A stretch of 64,000 nucleotides of DNA from Muribaculaceae bacterium. Lineage in GTDB: Bacteria > Bacteroidota > Bacteroidia > Bacteroidales > Muribaculaceae. Positions 47,841-56,548 of this stretch are shown one piece after another. The translations under genes were made by a program, and so were the position numbers. How positions within the stretch are numbered: position 1 is the stretch's first letter; each line of letters starts with the position of its first letter. A model generated the notes under the pieces. The model worked only from the letters and a program-made list of their open reading frames with translations. It did not search any database and was not told where the DNA came from. The DNA lies in NCBI GenBank assembly GCA_009775265.1, contig VSPG01000004.1, forward strand, positions 42,901 to 106,900, in the 5' to 3' direction.

Positions 47841-49532
47841 CTATCTGTAATTGTAAGTCTTTATATGAAGAATCTTATGGTCGTCCACTCCTATACGTGC
47901 ATGGCGCCCCTGATGCGTCTCATCCCCGTTGAATGTGCGCACGCGGCTGAACGTGCCATCGGGGTTCACAGCCACTTCCTCCACTTTGGCAAGTCCCGTC
48001 CGTAGAGTCGACGCGGCTTCTCCACCATTTACACGGTCGGCGCCGGCATTCAAAAAGCCGTCTTCACCCAGGCGCGCCGAAGATGACCTTTCACTCTCAT
48101 GCTCGAACTTGGCCACTATGCCCGTTCCGGCAAGGATGTACTCTCCTTCGCCAAGTTTCATGAGTATGCCTCCCGTTTCAGGCCACGTACTGCCGTCTTT
48201 TGCCCTCGGGTCCCAAGGCAATGTGAAGTAGTGCGAAAGTGTGATGCGCGTGTGCCCGTCCGTAATCACATGCTCGGGATTTTCAGAACTGAGCATCACA
48301 GCATCCATGGCATCGCTGCCGTTATAGCGTGCGATGAGCGGAGTGAGTTCACGCAAAACCGAATAAGCGGCTACCACCGGGCTGTCGGGCGAATCGCTGC
48401 CGCCCTCGATGGAAAACGGGCTTATGCCTATGGCGTCATGATGGCCGAGAACATAATAAGCCTGCGCGGCATTGGCATCGCTGCGGCGTACCTCCGGCAC
48501 GAACAGCACATTGTCCGGCAATGCGTATTGCGCCACCCAGTCGGCAAAGCCGCTGTCGTAAATGTCAGGCGAAAGGAAATCGATGGTTGGAGCCGCCGCA
48601 TGCCATATGTCCTTAAGATGGGCGAGCGGACCGGCCGAAGGATACTCGCCGGGGCGGCGTCCGCGGCTGTTCATGGCGGCGTTCACATACAGCGGCATTT
48701 CCGTCATTTCACGGGCTGCCAAAGCAAGCGCCTCGACATAGAGTGCATAGTTCCATGCCATGAAATACTCATCGGTGTAGCGGTCGTCGCCGAACACCTC
48801 CGTCCATGAACCGGAACGGCGGCCGCCCGCCTCTGTCCATTTTTTCAACAGCGAAGGGTGCAGACTTTTTTTGTTTTTGACAAGATAAGCCATAAGTTCT
48901 TCCGGCACACCGCGCCGGAAAGCAGCCTCGGCAAGCGGCGAATGGTCGCGCGCATCCTCAAGCATTCCTATCTCGTTTTCAATCTGCACCATTATCACCG
49001 TATTGTCGCTGTCGCGCTCCACCACATGCTTCAGCCAGCGGCTGAATGCACGGCGGTCGGCATCAAGAACTTCTTCGGAGAAAGCCGACGCTATTTCAAG
49101 AGGCTTGCCCGATGCTGTGCGGGCACGTGGAAAACGGCGGGTATCCGTCTTGAACCACTCGGGTGCATAGCAGCTCATTGAGTTTTTCCATACGCCGAAC
49201 CACAGAAACACCACTTTCAGCCCGTTGCGACGCGCCTCATCCATGACCTTGTCGGTAAGCGCGAAATCGAATTCACCTTCCTGCGGCTCTGTGAGCTCCC
49301 AATACGCCGGCACAAGCACCGTGTTGAGATTCATTCGGGCAAGTTTCGGGAAAATGCGTTCTATATCCGCATCGCATGTGGCCGAAGAATTGCCCAGTTC
49401 GCCGCCGAGCACGACAAACGGCTTGCCGTCCACCATAAGGCGGCCCGCAGCACCGTTGCGTTCAAGACGCACGCCTGCCACAGCCGCAAAAGCGATGGCA
49501 ATGGTTGCGAAAGCGACAATGATTCGGTTCAT
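47841..49532 (-). CDS. GH35/GH42-like TIM-barrel glycosidase with C-terminal beta-sandwich (DUF5597-type); substrate unknown
   Basis: 563-aa ORF with a signal peptide, an N-terminus GGELGNSSA...PAYWELTEPQEGEFDF and an IENE motif (VQIENEIG), as in clan GH-A beta-galactosidase-like proteins. Confidence 0.65.
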   Translation of the reverse strand: MNRIIVAFATIAIAFAAVAGVRLERNGAAGRLMVDGKPFVVLGGELGNSSATCDADIERIFPKLARMNLNTVLVPAYWELTEPQEGEFDFALTDKVMDEARRNGLKVVFLWFGVWKNSMSCYAPEWFKTDTRRFPRARTASGKPLEIASAFSEEVLDADRRAFSRWLKHVVERDSDNTVIMVQIENEIGMLEDARDHSPLAEAAFRRGVPEELMAYLVKNKKSLHPSLLKKWTEAGGRRSGSWTEVFGDDRYTDEYFMAWNYALYVEALALAAREMTEMPLYVNAAMNSRGRRPGEYPSAGPLAHLKDIWHAAAPTIDFLSPDIYDSGFADWVAQYALPDNVLFVPEVRRSDANAAQAYYVLGHHDAIGISPFSIEGGSDSPDSPVVAAYSVLRELTPLIARYNGSDAMDAVMLSSENPEHVITDGHTRITLSHYFTLPWDPRAKDGSTWPETGGILMKLGEGEYILAGTGIVAKFEHESERSSSARLGEDGFLNAGADRVNGGEAASTLRTGLAKVEEVAVNPDGTFSRVRTFNGDETHQGRHARIGVDDHKILHIKTYNYR

Positions 49533-49557
49533 GATTAAAGCATATGTGTTTTCAATG

Positions 49558-49624
49558 CAAATTTAGTTCATATATTCATATGGCAGACAAACGAACGTAA
49601 CATATTTTGATTACAATGTAACAT
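49558..49624 (-). promoter_or_regulatory. Activator-type promoter of the GH35-like...xylA operon: two direct repeats, -33 box and -7 box
   Basis: Minus strand 49624->49558 reads ATGTTACA-N13-ATGTTACG-N4-TTTG-N22-TAAATTTG, with the ATG 25 nt downstream. The distal repeat lies inside the last codons of the GH115 gene. Confidence 0.5.
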
Positions 49625-52175
49625 CCGTCTTGCCATACGGAGTCTCGTCCATGAAAAGGTATGATGGTTCGTAGCCGCCGAAATCAACTATGATTTTTTC
49701 AAACACGATGCCGGGAACCATAGGACGCAGCGTCAGAGCATGTAGTGTGCCGGCGCCAAGAGGCATCCGCACTACTTTCTCGACAACACGACGCGCCACG
49801 GTGGGATAAAACACCGTATAAATGTTGGCCGGTTCCTCATTCAGATCGGAATTAAAATTCACCTCCACCGGAGCGCTGCCGTCAAGCTCCACTTCATAGC
49901 AGTGGCCGCCGGCGTTAAGGAAATCAAGCGTAGATTTCACTACCACCCGTACGTCTACAGAATCGACGCCTACTGCATCGGGCGCGGAAATGCTGTATGT
50001 AAGACTCCCTCCGTCGACAGGCACATCATACGGCATGAGTGCCACGCCCGACAGCGTGCGGCCCATGTCCGGCACCACTGCCCATTCCGCCGACGCCGCC
50101 GGCACAGCCTTGTTGAAATGCTCGGCCTCAATCACTGCCACGCCTTTGCGGACATGCGACACATATCCGCCCGATGTGCGGGAGCGGTCGGCCACACGGC
50201 GCAGCTCGGGACAGCGGTCGGCAGGGAAGTCATCGTTCCAATTCCTGTACCCTATATGCTTCTGTGTCATCATTCCACGCCACTTTCCGCCGGCCAGCTT
50301 ATTATTATATGTATCCGACAGTTCCGAATCGCGACGGAAACAGCGTTCCGCACGATCGGCCCATTCGTCGGCCACGGGGTCGCCGGCTGCGTGCAGCTTA
50401 TGGTTCATCGCCTGCGCATAGTACATCTCGTAGAGGTTCGACATCGCCTGCACAGGGTATAGTATCAGTTCGAAATAAGCGTCGCGATGGCTCTCTGGCA
50501 GAGCAAGATACTGGCGCAGAGCCTCAGCCTCGAGACGGGCATATTCGTCAGCCACACGGCGCCATTCGCCGTTGTCCACATTGTAGGTACGGGCATCAAG
50601 CATTTCTGGCGTGACCCGTCCGTTGTATTTGCTGTACAGATTCAATATGCGTGCCGCCTCGTCTGCATGCTCATCGCCAAAGATTTCTCGGCAGAATTCC
50701 AAGGTATGTTCCATGAAATTACCGGCTTCATACTGCTTGGGGTTCCATGCCATGTCAAGAAAGAGTGTAATAGGATATTCCATTGGCTTAAGATCGCCTA
50801 CGTTCAACACCCAAAGGCGGTCCACACCATAGTCGTAAGTGAGGCGCAGCTGCTCCCACATGCCCTGTATAGGTGTCACGTTCAGCCATTTGCTGTTGCG
50901 CGGAGCGCCAACATAGTCCACATGGTAATACATACCCCACCCTCCCGGATGGCGGCGTTCGTTCTCATCCGGCAAGCGGCGCACATTGCCCCAGTTGTCG
51001 TCGCACACAAGCATTATCACATCGTCAGGCACACGCAGACCTTTGTCGTAATAGTCAAGGACTTCTTTGTACAGTGCCCACACCTGCGGGGTTTTATCTG
51101 CCTTGCGGCCTGTTTCTTTGGCTATTATTCTGCGTTGGTTTTTTATCACTTTTTCAAGCAGAGCCACGTCGGCTTCCTCGCTCATGGCTTCGTCGCCGTC
51201 GCCACGCATGCCTATGGTTATGATGTCCTCCGTATCTTTCGCACGCCTTATGCCTTCACGGAAAAATTCGTCTATAACCTTGCTGTTGGTGGCATAATTC
51301 CATTTGCCATACTTTCGTCGGTTGCGCGCCCATTCCTGATGGTTGCGCGCCATGGGCTCGTGGTGCGAAGTGCCCATGATCACGCCCATGGCATCGGCAG
51401 TTGCGCTGTTCTCGGGGTCGTCGGCGTAAAACGACCACGACCACATGGCGGGCCACATAAAGTTGCCACGCAAACGCAGGATGAGTTCGAACACTCGGGC
51501 ATAGAACTCGTGGTTGCCATAGTCTGTGCCATACGTGTTCTTTACCCATCCGGTAAGACACGGAGCCTCGTCGTTGAGGAATATGCCGCGATATTCCACA
51601 GCAGGCTCGCCCGCAGTATAGCGCCCGCGCTCTATCGACACGTCCGCATGCCGCGCCACCGGGGCGTCGGCCCAGTCATACCACGGCGACACCCCTATCT
51701 GCTCCGATAGCTCATAGATGCCGTATACAGTGCCGCGCCGGTCGCTGCCGGCCACCACAAGAGCCTCGTCCACTCCCGGAGCCGGATTGCGCACCGTCGT
51801 GATTATGTATTGCTCATTTTTACCGTCAAGTTCCGACAAATCGACAATTCCACCCTTTACAAGGGGGCGGAGAGTCGGACCGTCAAACGCGCCTGCAATT
51901 ATGATACGCGAAGCCTCGCCCGGAACCGCTCCAAGCAGCCGTGCATCCGTGCCTCCGACACGACCGAAATCGGCCGCGAGCGAGGATGCAGCGATACGCA
52001 CCGCCGAATTTTCTCCGTCGTTCACAACTATCGACGTCGGATTTCCTTGCTCTATAAGCGTAAATCGCTCCGGCGAAAGCGAGTGATGGGTGATGCCTTT
52101 ATGATCTATCGCATCAGCCGATAATACGGACAGGGCAGCAATCGCCCAACAGAAAAACCGGAGTTGTTTTTTCAT
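49611..52175 (-). CDS. GH115 xylan alpha-1,2-glucuronidase
   Basis: 854-aa ORF with a signal peptide, the GH115-typical motif MGTSHHEPM and its surrounding region. Confidence 0.85.
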   Translation of the reverse strand: MKKQLRFFCWAIAALSVLSADAIDHKGITHHSLSPERFTLIEQGNPTSIVVNDGENSAVRIAASSLAADFGRVGGTDARLLGAVPGEASRIIIAGAFDGPTLRPLVKGGIVDLSELDGKNEQYIITTVRNPAPGVDEALVVAGSDRRGTVYGIYELSEQIGVSPWYDWADAPVARHADVSIERGRYTAGEPAVEYRGIFLNDEAPCLTGWVKNTYGTDYGNHEFYARVFELILRLRGNFMWPAMWSWSFYADDPENSATADAMGVIMGTSHHEPMARNHQEWARNRRKYGKWNYATNSKVIDEFFREGIRRAKDTEDIITIGMRGDGDEAMSEEADVALLEKVIKNQRRIIAKETGRKADKTPQVWALYKEVLDYYDKGLRVPDDVIMLVCDDNWGNVRRLPDENERRHPGGWGMYYHVDYVGAPRNSKWLNVTPIQGMWEQLRLTYDYGVDRLWVLNVGDLKPMEYPITLFLDMAWNPKQYEAGNFMEHTLEFCREIFGDEHADEAARILNLYSKYNGRVTPEMLDARTYNVDNGEWRRVADEYARLEAEALRQYLALPESHRDAYFELILYPVQAMSNLYEMYYAQAMNHKLHAAGDPVADEWADRAERCFRRDSELSDTYNNKLAGGKWRGMMTQKHIGYRNWNDDFPADRCPELRRVADRSRTSGGYVSHVRKGVAVIEAEHFNKAVPAASAEWAVVPDMGRTLSGVALMPYDVPVDGGSLTYSISAPDAVGVDSVDVRVVVKSTLDFLNAGGHCYEVELDGSAPVEVNFNSDLNEEPANIYTVFYPTVARRVVEKVVRMPLGAGTLHALTLRPMVPGIVFEKIIVDFGGYEPSYLFMDETPYGKTDVTL

Positions 52176-52213
52176 GGATTATAATCGTGTTGCGTGGATT
52201 TATTTTATAATTG

Positions 52214-52280
52214 CAAAGATATAAAATAGCATTTTATTGTACCGAATCGGACGTTACGCATCCTGTCGGCTACGTAACAT
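52214..52280 (-). promoter_or_regulatory. Activator-type promoter of the GH115 gene: two direct repeats, -33-like box and -7 box
   Basis: Minus strand 52280->52214 reads ATGTTACG-N13-GCGTAACG-N5-TTCG-N21-TATCTTTG, with the ATG 38 nt downstream. Confidence 0.5.
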
Positions 52281-52346
52281 TGTTAAATAACATATATAAA
52301 ATCGATAATTATTATGTCATATTTTGTTAGAAACATTTAATAAACG

Positions 52347-52354
52347 TAACTTTG
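52347..52354 (+). promoter_or_regulatory. Candidate -7 box TAACTTTG for the HTCS gene
   Basis: Exact TAnnTTTG match, 21 nt before the ATG at 52376. It lies inside the N-terminal extension of the track ORF (52352), which argues for the 52376 start. Confidence 0.45.
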
Positions 52355-52375
52355 CGTTACATTTGTCACATCGCC

Positions 52376-55300
52376 ATGAAAAACTTACGGAAATTGCGTC
52401 TCTTATTGTTCCTGGCTATTGCCACCTGCACCGCCGCGACCGCGTCCGGACAGGCCATTCGCATGTTCAATGCCGACGACAACCTCTCCAGCAGCCTTAT
52501 CAACCAGCTCTACCAGGACCGCAACGGAATCATGTGGATAGCCACCGAAGACGGCCTCAACCGCTACGACGGCAATAAATTCACCTCCTACCGCCACATC
52601 CCCAACGACAGCACATCGTTGTGCAACAATTTCGTAAAATCGCTTTTCGAGGATAGTGACGGGCAGTTGTATGTATGCACACGCCGTGGCTTGCAGATCT
52701 ATGACCCGGCAACAGACCGCTTCTTGCCACGCCTGCGGCGCGACTCGGGCAAAGGGTTCAACTTCTCCATCAACCATGTGATAAAACGCAGCGACAACGA
52801 GTACTGGACAATCGGCGACTCGCTCGTGCGCTTCGCCCCGGGCAAGAGAACCGTGTCCGACGCCACTACGGCCGACGAGCTCTCAGCTACGCTACGCAAT
52901 GCCCATTGTGCCATTGTAGACACCGAAAAACACGTATGGGTCTCAAACGGCTCAGAACTCTACCGTGTGGCTCCCGACAACAGCATGCGCCATTATTTCG
53001 GCAAGAAAGACGACCCGGTGGTCTCATCCATGGCAATAGGACGCGACGGGCTGCTCTACATCGGCACCACCAGCAAGGGGCTTATGCGATTCAACCGCGA
53101 CCGTGACAGTTTTGAAAGCCTTACGCCGGGAATTTCAAAAGAGATCAAAGCGCTTTTCTCCGACAGCAACGGCGACATCATACAAGCCATAGACGGAGAC
53201 GGCATAACCTTCTACACTCCCGCCACAGGCACCAACCGCAAATTCCGCTTCAGCCACAACAAACTGGGTCCTGACAGGCAAAAGGCCCACACCGTACTGC
53301 GCGACGCCGACGGCAACATATGGACAGGGATATACCAGTCCGGAATTGTCCTGATGCCCGGACAATCAAATTCTTTCGGCTATATAGGCTATAAATCCGA
53401 ACGCTACGATGTCATAGGCAAAAACTGCGTGTCAGCCATATGCCGGAGCCATGACGGAAACCTGTGGGTGGGTTCCGACAACGACGGCATCTACAGCCTT
53501 AACGACGACATGAGCCTGCAGCGCCACTACTACTCCGACGAAATAGCTTCGCCCATGTGCATTTTCGAAGACAGCCGTGGCGAAATATGGGTAGGCACCT
53601 ACCTGCACGGCGTCGGCACCCTCGACCGCAGCACAGGAAACATGCGGCGGCTCGACATATCCGACAACAGCAGGCATCCCGGCAACGTGTGCTTCGCCAT
53701 CACCGAAGACCGAGACCACAACGTATGGCTCGGCATGCTCAACTCCGGACTCGTGAAATACGACATTAAAACCGGCCGCGTAATCAAAGACTTCTCGTGG
53801 CGCGACAAAATAGACCTGTGGATAGCTTCGCTATATTACTCTCCCAAAACCAATTCTCTATATATCGGAAGCTACTCCGGCTTGCAGGTAGTGGACAACG
53901 TATCGCTGGCCGAGCCGGGGATAAACACATTTTTCACCGACGACGTGGTGTATTCCATCGACGAAGGGCCGGACGGATGCATATGGCTCGCAACCACAAA
54001 CGGGATAATCCGCTTCAACCCCACCGACGGCAGCAGCCGGCGCTACACAATGGCCGACGGCCTCCACAGCACCACCGCCTACGCGATACGCCACGACGGA
54101 CACCATATATGGATAAGCCTGAATTCCGGGCTAACAAGATTCGACCCCGCAACGGAAACGTTCTCAAACTTCCTCGTAAGCGACGGCCTGCAGGGCAACG
54201 AATTCTACAAAAACTCGGCTTTCAAAGCTCCGGACGGGCGATTGTATTTCGGCGGCATAGGAGGCATAACCCACTTCAATCCTCGCGACATTGCATCTCC
54301 GGGGCGGAAATGGGCACCGCGCGTGGCGGGGTTCTACCTCCACGGCGCGCCGGCATCGGTAGGCACGCCGGTCTATGAGGCTTCCGAATTCAGGCTCGAG
54401 CCGGACGAAGACTCCTTCTCCATAGAGTTCGGCACACGCCAGCTCGGCCGCCCTGAATCAGTGCTTTTCGCCTACGCCATTGACGACAAGGCATGGGAAA
54501 CACTGCCCGCCGGCACGAACATAGTAAATTTCCACCGACTCGAGCCCGGCAAACACACCCTCCGCTTCAAAACCGTCGACAACCTGACCGAATCCGAAGT
54601 GAAGACACTAAGCATAGCAGTAGCCCACCCGTGGTACGCCACGGCATGGGCAAAAGCGCTTTATGCCGCAGCCGCACTCCTCCTTGCCGTGTGGGCGGCA
54701 TACAGCTACGCCGCACGCCTGCGACACCGCACGGAACTGCTCAACCTCACCCATGCCGAACAAATCAACGAAGCACGCCTGCAGTCGTTCGTCAACATGT
54801 CGCACGAGATACGCACACCCATGTCGCTCGTGATAAGCCCCCTGCAAAAACTTCTCGCCACCGACACCGACCCTTCTCGCCGCCACGAATACGGACTCAT
54901 ACTGCGCAACGCCAAACGCATCCTGCGACACATCGACGAACTCATGGACCTGCGGAAAATCGAGAAACGACAGATGCGCCTGTCGCTCCGGCGCACGCAG
55001 CTCGTGCCTTTCATCGACGACATTTGCGAGACATTCGCCCAGGTAATGGCAGGAAAGAACATCGCGTTCAGTTTCAACTACGATTCGTCGGACACATCCG
55101 CGTGCATCGACGCCGCCAATTTTGACAAAATCATGATGAACCTGCTCTCCAACGCCGTAAAATACACCCCCGAAGGCGGCCGCATCAGCATCGACCTCGA
55201 ACGCACGCCCGACGACATGGTGCGCATCGCTGTCACCGACACCGGCATAGGAGTGCCCGACAAAGACAAGCAGCGCATATTCGACCGCTTCTACCAGGCC

Positions 55301-56365
55301 CACGGCAACACTGCCGGCGGCACAGGCGTGGGACTTCACCTCACCCAGCAGCTCGTGGCACTGCACCACGGCACAATCGTAGCCACCGACAACCCCGACG
55401 GAAACGAAGGCACACGCTTCATCGTCACCATACCCGCCGGACAGGAAGACATCGGGGAAAGCGACGCCGCATCTACGGCCATCCCCGGAGCCCGGCCCAC
55501 ACGCCACGGCCTCCCCTTCAACGACCCCAAGAGCCTGCTCGTGCCCGACATAGACGAATCGCCGGCGGAGACCGCCCACCAGCAGGCCGAACGCGTACTC
55601 ATAGTAGAAGACGACGAGGAAATACGCAGCTATCTCAGACACGAACTGTCGGCAAAATACCGCGTGAGCTGCTGTACAGGCGGGCGGGAAGCTCTCGATA
55701 CCATATTCCGGCAGGCGCCGGACCTGATAGTGAGCGACATAATGATGCCCGAAATGGATGGCATATGCCTCACACGCACCATCAAGCAGAACATCAACCT
55801 CAACCACATCCCCGTGATACTCGTCACCGCCATGTCGCGCGACGAAGACAACATCGCAGCCATCGAGGCCGGCGCCGACGACTTCGTGACAAAACCCTTC
55901 AACATAGAGATTCTCAAATCGAAAATATCAGGCCTGCTCACACGCTACCGGCTGCTCAAAAACCGCTACAGCGGCAGCCAGGAACACGACGACAAGATAG
56001 ACAAGATAAGCGTGGAGTCCAATGACGAAAAACTCATGAAACGAATAATGGCCGTGATAAACCGCGAAATGGCCAACCCCGACCTCACAGTCGAACTGCT
56101 CGCATCGGAAGTGGGTCTCAGCCGCGTCCATCTGCACCGACGCCTCAAAGCACTCACCAACCAGTCGCCGCGCGACTTCATACGCAACACCCGCCTGCGC
56201 CAGGCCGCCACTCTGCTCAGCGAGAAACGCCTGAGCGTGGCGGAAGTATCGGACCTCACAGGGTTCAGCAATGCAGGCAGCTTCACGACCGCGTTCAAGC
56301 GCCTTTTCGGCACCACTCCGAGCGAATACGCCGAAAATAAAGCAGAAGCATCGATAAACAACTAA
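52376..56365 (+). CDS. Hybrid two-component system sensor kinase/response regulator with AraC-type HTH (XynR-like HTCS)
   Basis: About 1329 aa from MKNLRKLRLLLFLAIA (signal/TM). Domains in order: periplasmic beta-propeller repeats, a TM helix, the HisKA H-box SHEIRTPM, the HATPase motifs DTGIGVP and GTGVGLHL, a receiver domain (LIVEDDEE...DLIVSDIMMPEMDG) and an AraC HTH (GFSNAGSFTTAFKRLFGTTPSEY). Confidence 0.92.
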   Translation: MKNLRKLRLLLFLAIATCTAATASGQAIRMFNADDNLSSSLINQLYQDRNGIMWIATEDGLNRYDGNKFTSYRHIPNDSTSLCNNFVKSLFEDSDGQLYVCTRRGLQIYDPATDRFLPRLRRDSGKGFNFSINHVIKRSDNEYWTIGDSLVRFAPGKRTVSDATTADELSATLRNAHCAIVDTEKHVWVSNGSELYRVAPDNSMRHYFGKKDDPVVSSMAIGRDGLLYIGTTSKGLMRFNRDRDSFESLTPGISKEIKALFSDSNGDIIQAIDGDGITFYTPATGTNRKFRFSHNKLGPDRQKAHTVLRDADGNIWTGIYQSGIVLMPGQSNSFGYIGYKSERYDVIGKNCVSAICRSHDGNLWVGSDNDGIYSLNDDMSLQRHYYSDEIASPMCIFEDSRGEIWVGTYLHGVGTLDRSTGNMRRLDISDNSRHPGNVCFAITEDRDHNVWLGMLNSGLVKYDIKTGRVIKDFSWRDKIDLWIASLYYSPKTNSLYIGSYSGLQVVDNVSLAEPGINTFFTDDVVYSIDEGPDGCIWLATTNGIIRFNPTDGSSRRYTMADGLHSTTAYAIRHDGHHIWISLNSGLTRFDPATETFSNFLVSDGLQGNEFYKNSAFKAPDGRLYFGGIGGITHFNPRDIASPGRKWAPRVAGFYLHGAPASVGTPVYEASEFRLEPDEDSFSIEFGTRQLGRPESVLFAYAIDDKAWETLPAGTNIVNFHRLEPGKHTLRFKTVDNLTESEVKTLSIAVAHPWYATAWAKALYAAAALLLAVWAAYSYAARLRHRTELLNLTHAEQINEARLQSFVNMSHEIRTPMSLVISPLQKLLATDTDPSRRHEYGLILRNAKRILRHIDELMDLRKIEKRQMRLSLRRTQLVPFIDDICETFAQVMAGKNIAFSFNYDSSDTSACIDAANFDKIMMNLLSNAVKYTPEGGRISIDLERTPDDMVRIAVTDTGIGVPDKDKQRIFDRFYQAHGNTAGGTGVGLHLTQQLVALHHGTIVATDNPDGNEGTRFIVTIPAGQEDIGESDAASTAIPGARPTRHGLPFNDPKSLLVPDIDESPAETAHQQAERVLIVEDDEEIRSYLRHELSAKYRVSCCTGGREALDTIFRQAPDLIVSDIMMPEMDGICLTRTIKQNINLNHIPVILVTAMSRDEDNIAAIEAGADDFVTKPFNIEILKSKISGLLTRYRLLKNRYSGSQEHDDKIDKISVESNDEKLMKRIMAVINREMANPDLTVELLASEVGLSRVHLHRRLKALTNQSPRDFIRNTRLRQAATLLSEKRLSVAEVSDLTGFSNAGSFTTAFKRLFGTTPSEYAENKAEASINN

Positions 56366-56440
56366 TAATCAGACTACATGTAACGCCGGACTGTATTAAT
56401 GAAACAAATAAATGTCCGATTTAACACTTAACGGACAACA

Positions 56441-56507
56441 ATGTTACACATTCTCAAACATCAGTAACGTACAATTTGTTAAAATTCGTTCCGTCTGCCT
56501 AATTTTG
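56441..56507 (+). promoter_or_regulatory. Activator-type promoter of the GH43-susC-susD operon: two direct repeats, -33 box and -7 box
   Basis: Plus strand reads ATGTTACA (56441-56448), N13, CAGTAACG (56462-56469), N5, TTTG (56475-56478), N21, TAATTTTG (56500-56507). The ATG is 41 nt downstream. Confidence 0.55.
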
Positions 56508-56548
56508 CGTAAAATTAACTGCAAAAACCGTAATCTATCACGACAACC

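Noticed and set aside
52344-52350. ACGTAAC overlapping the HTCS -7 box, and the identical CGTAACTTTGCG at 31393-31404, as additional operator copies.
   Set aside because: The CGTAAC here is part of a recurrent extended -7 context. TAACTTTG also occurs at 15757, 22005 and 30455, at genes unrelated to xylan. It is not independent evidence for the operator motif.
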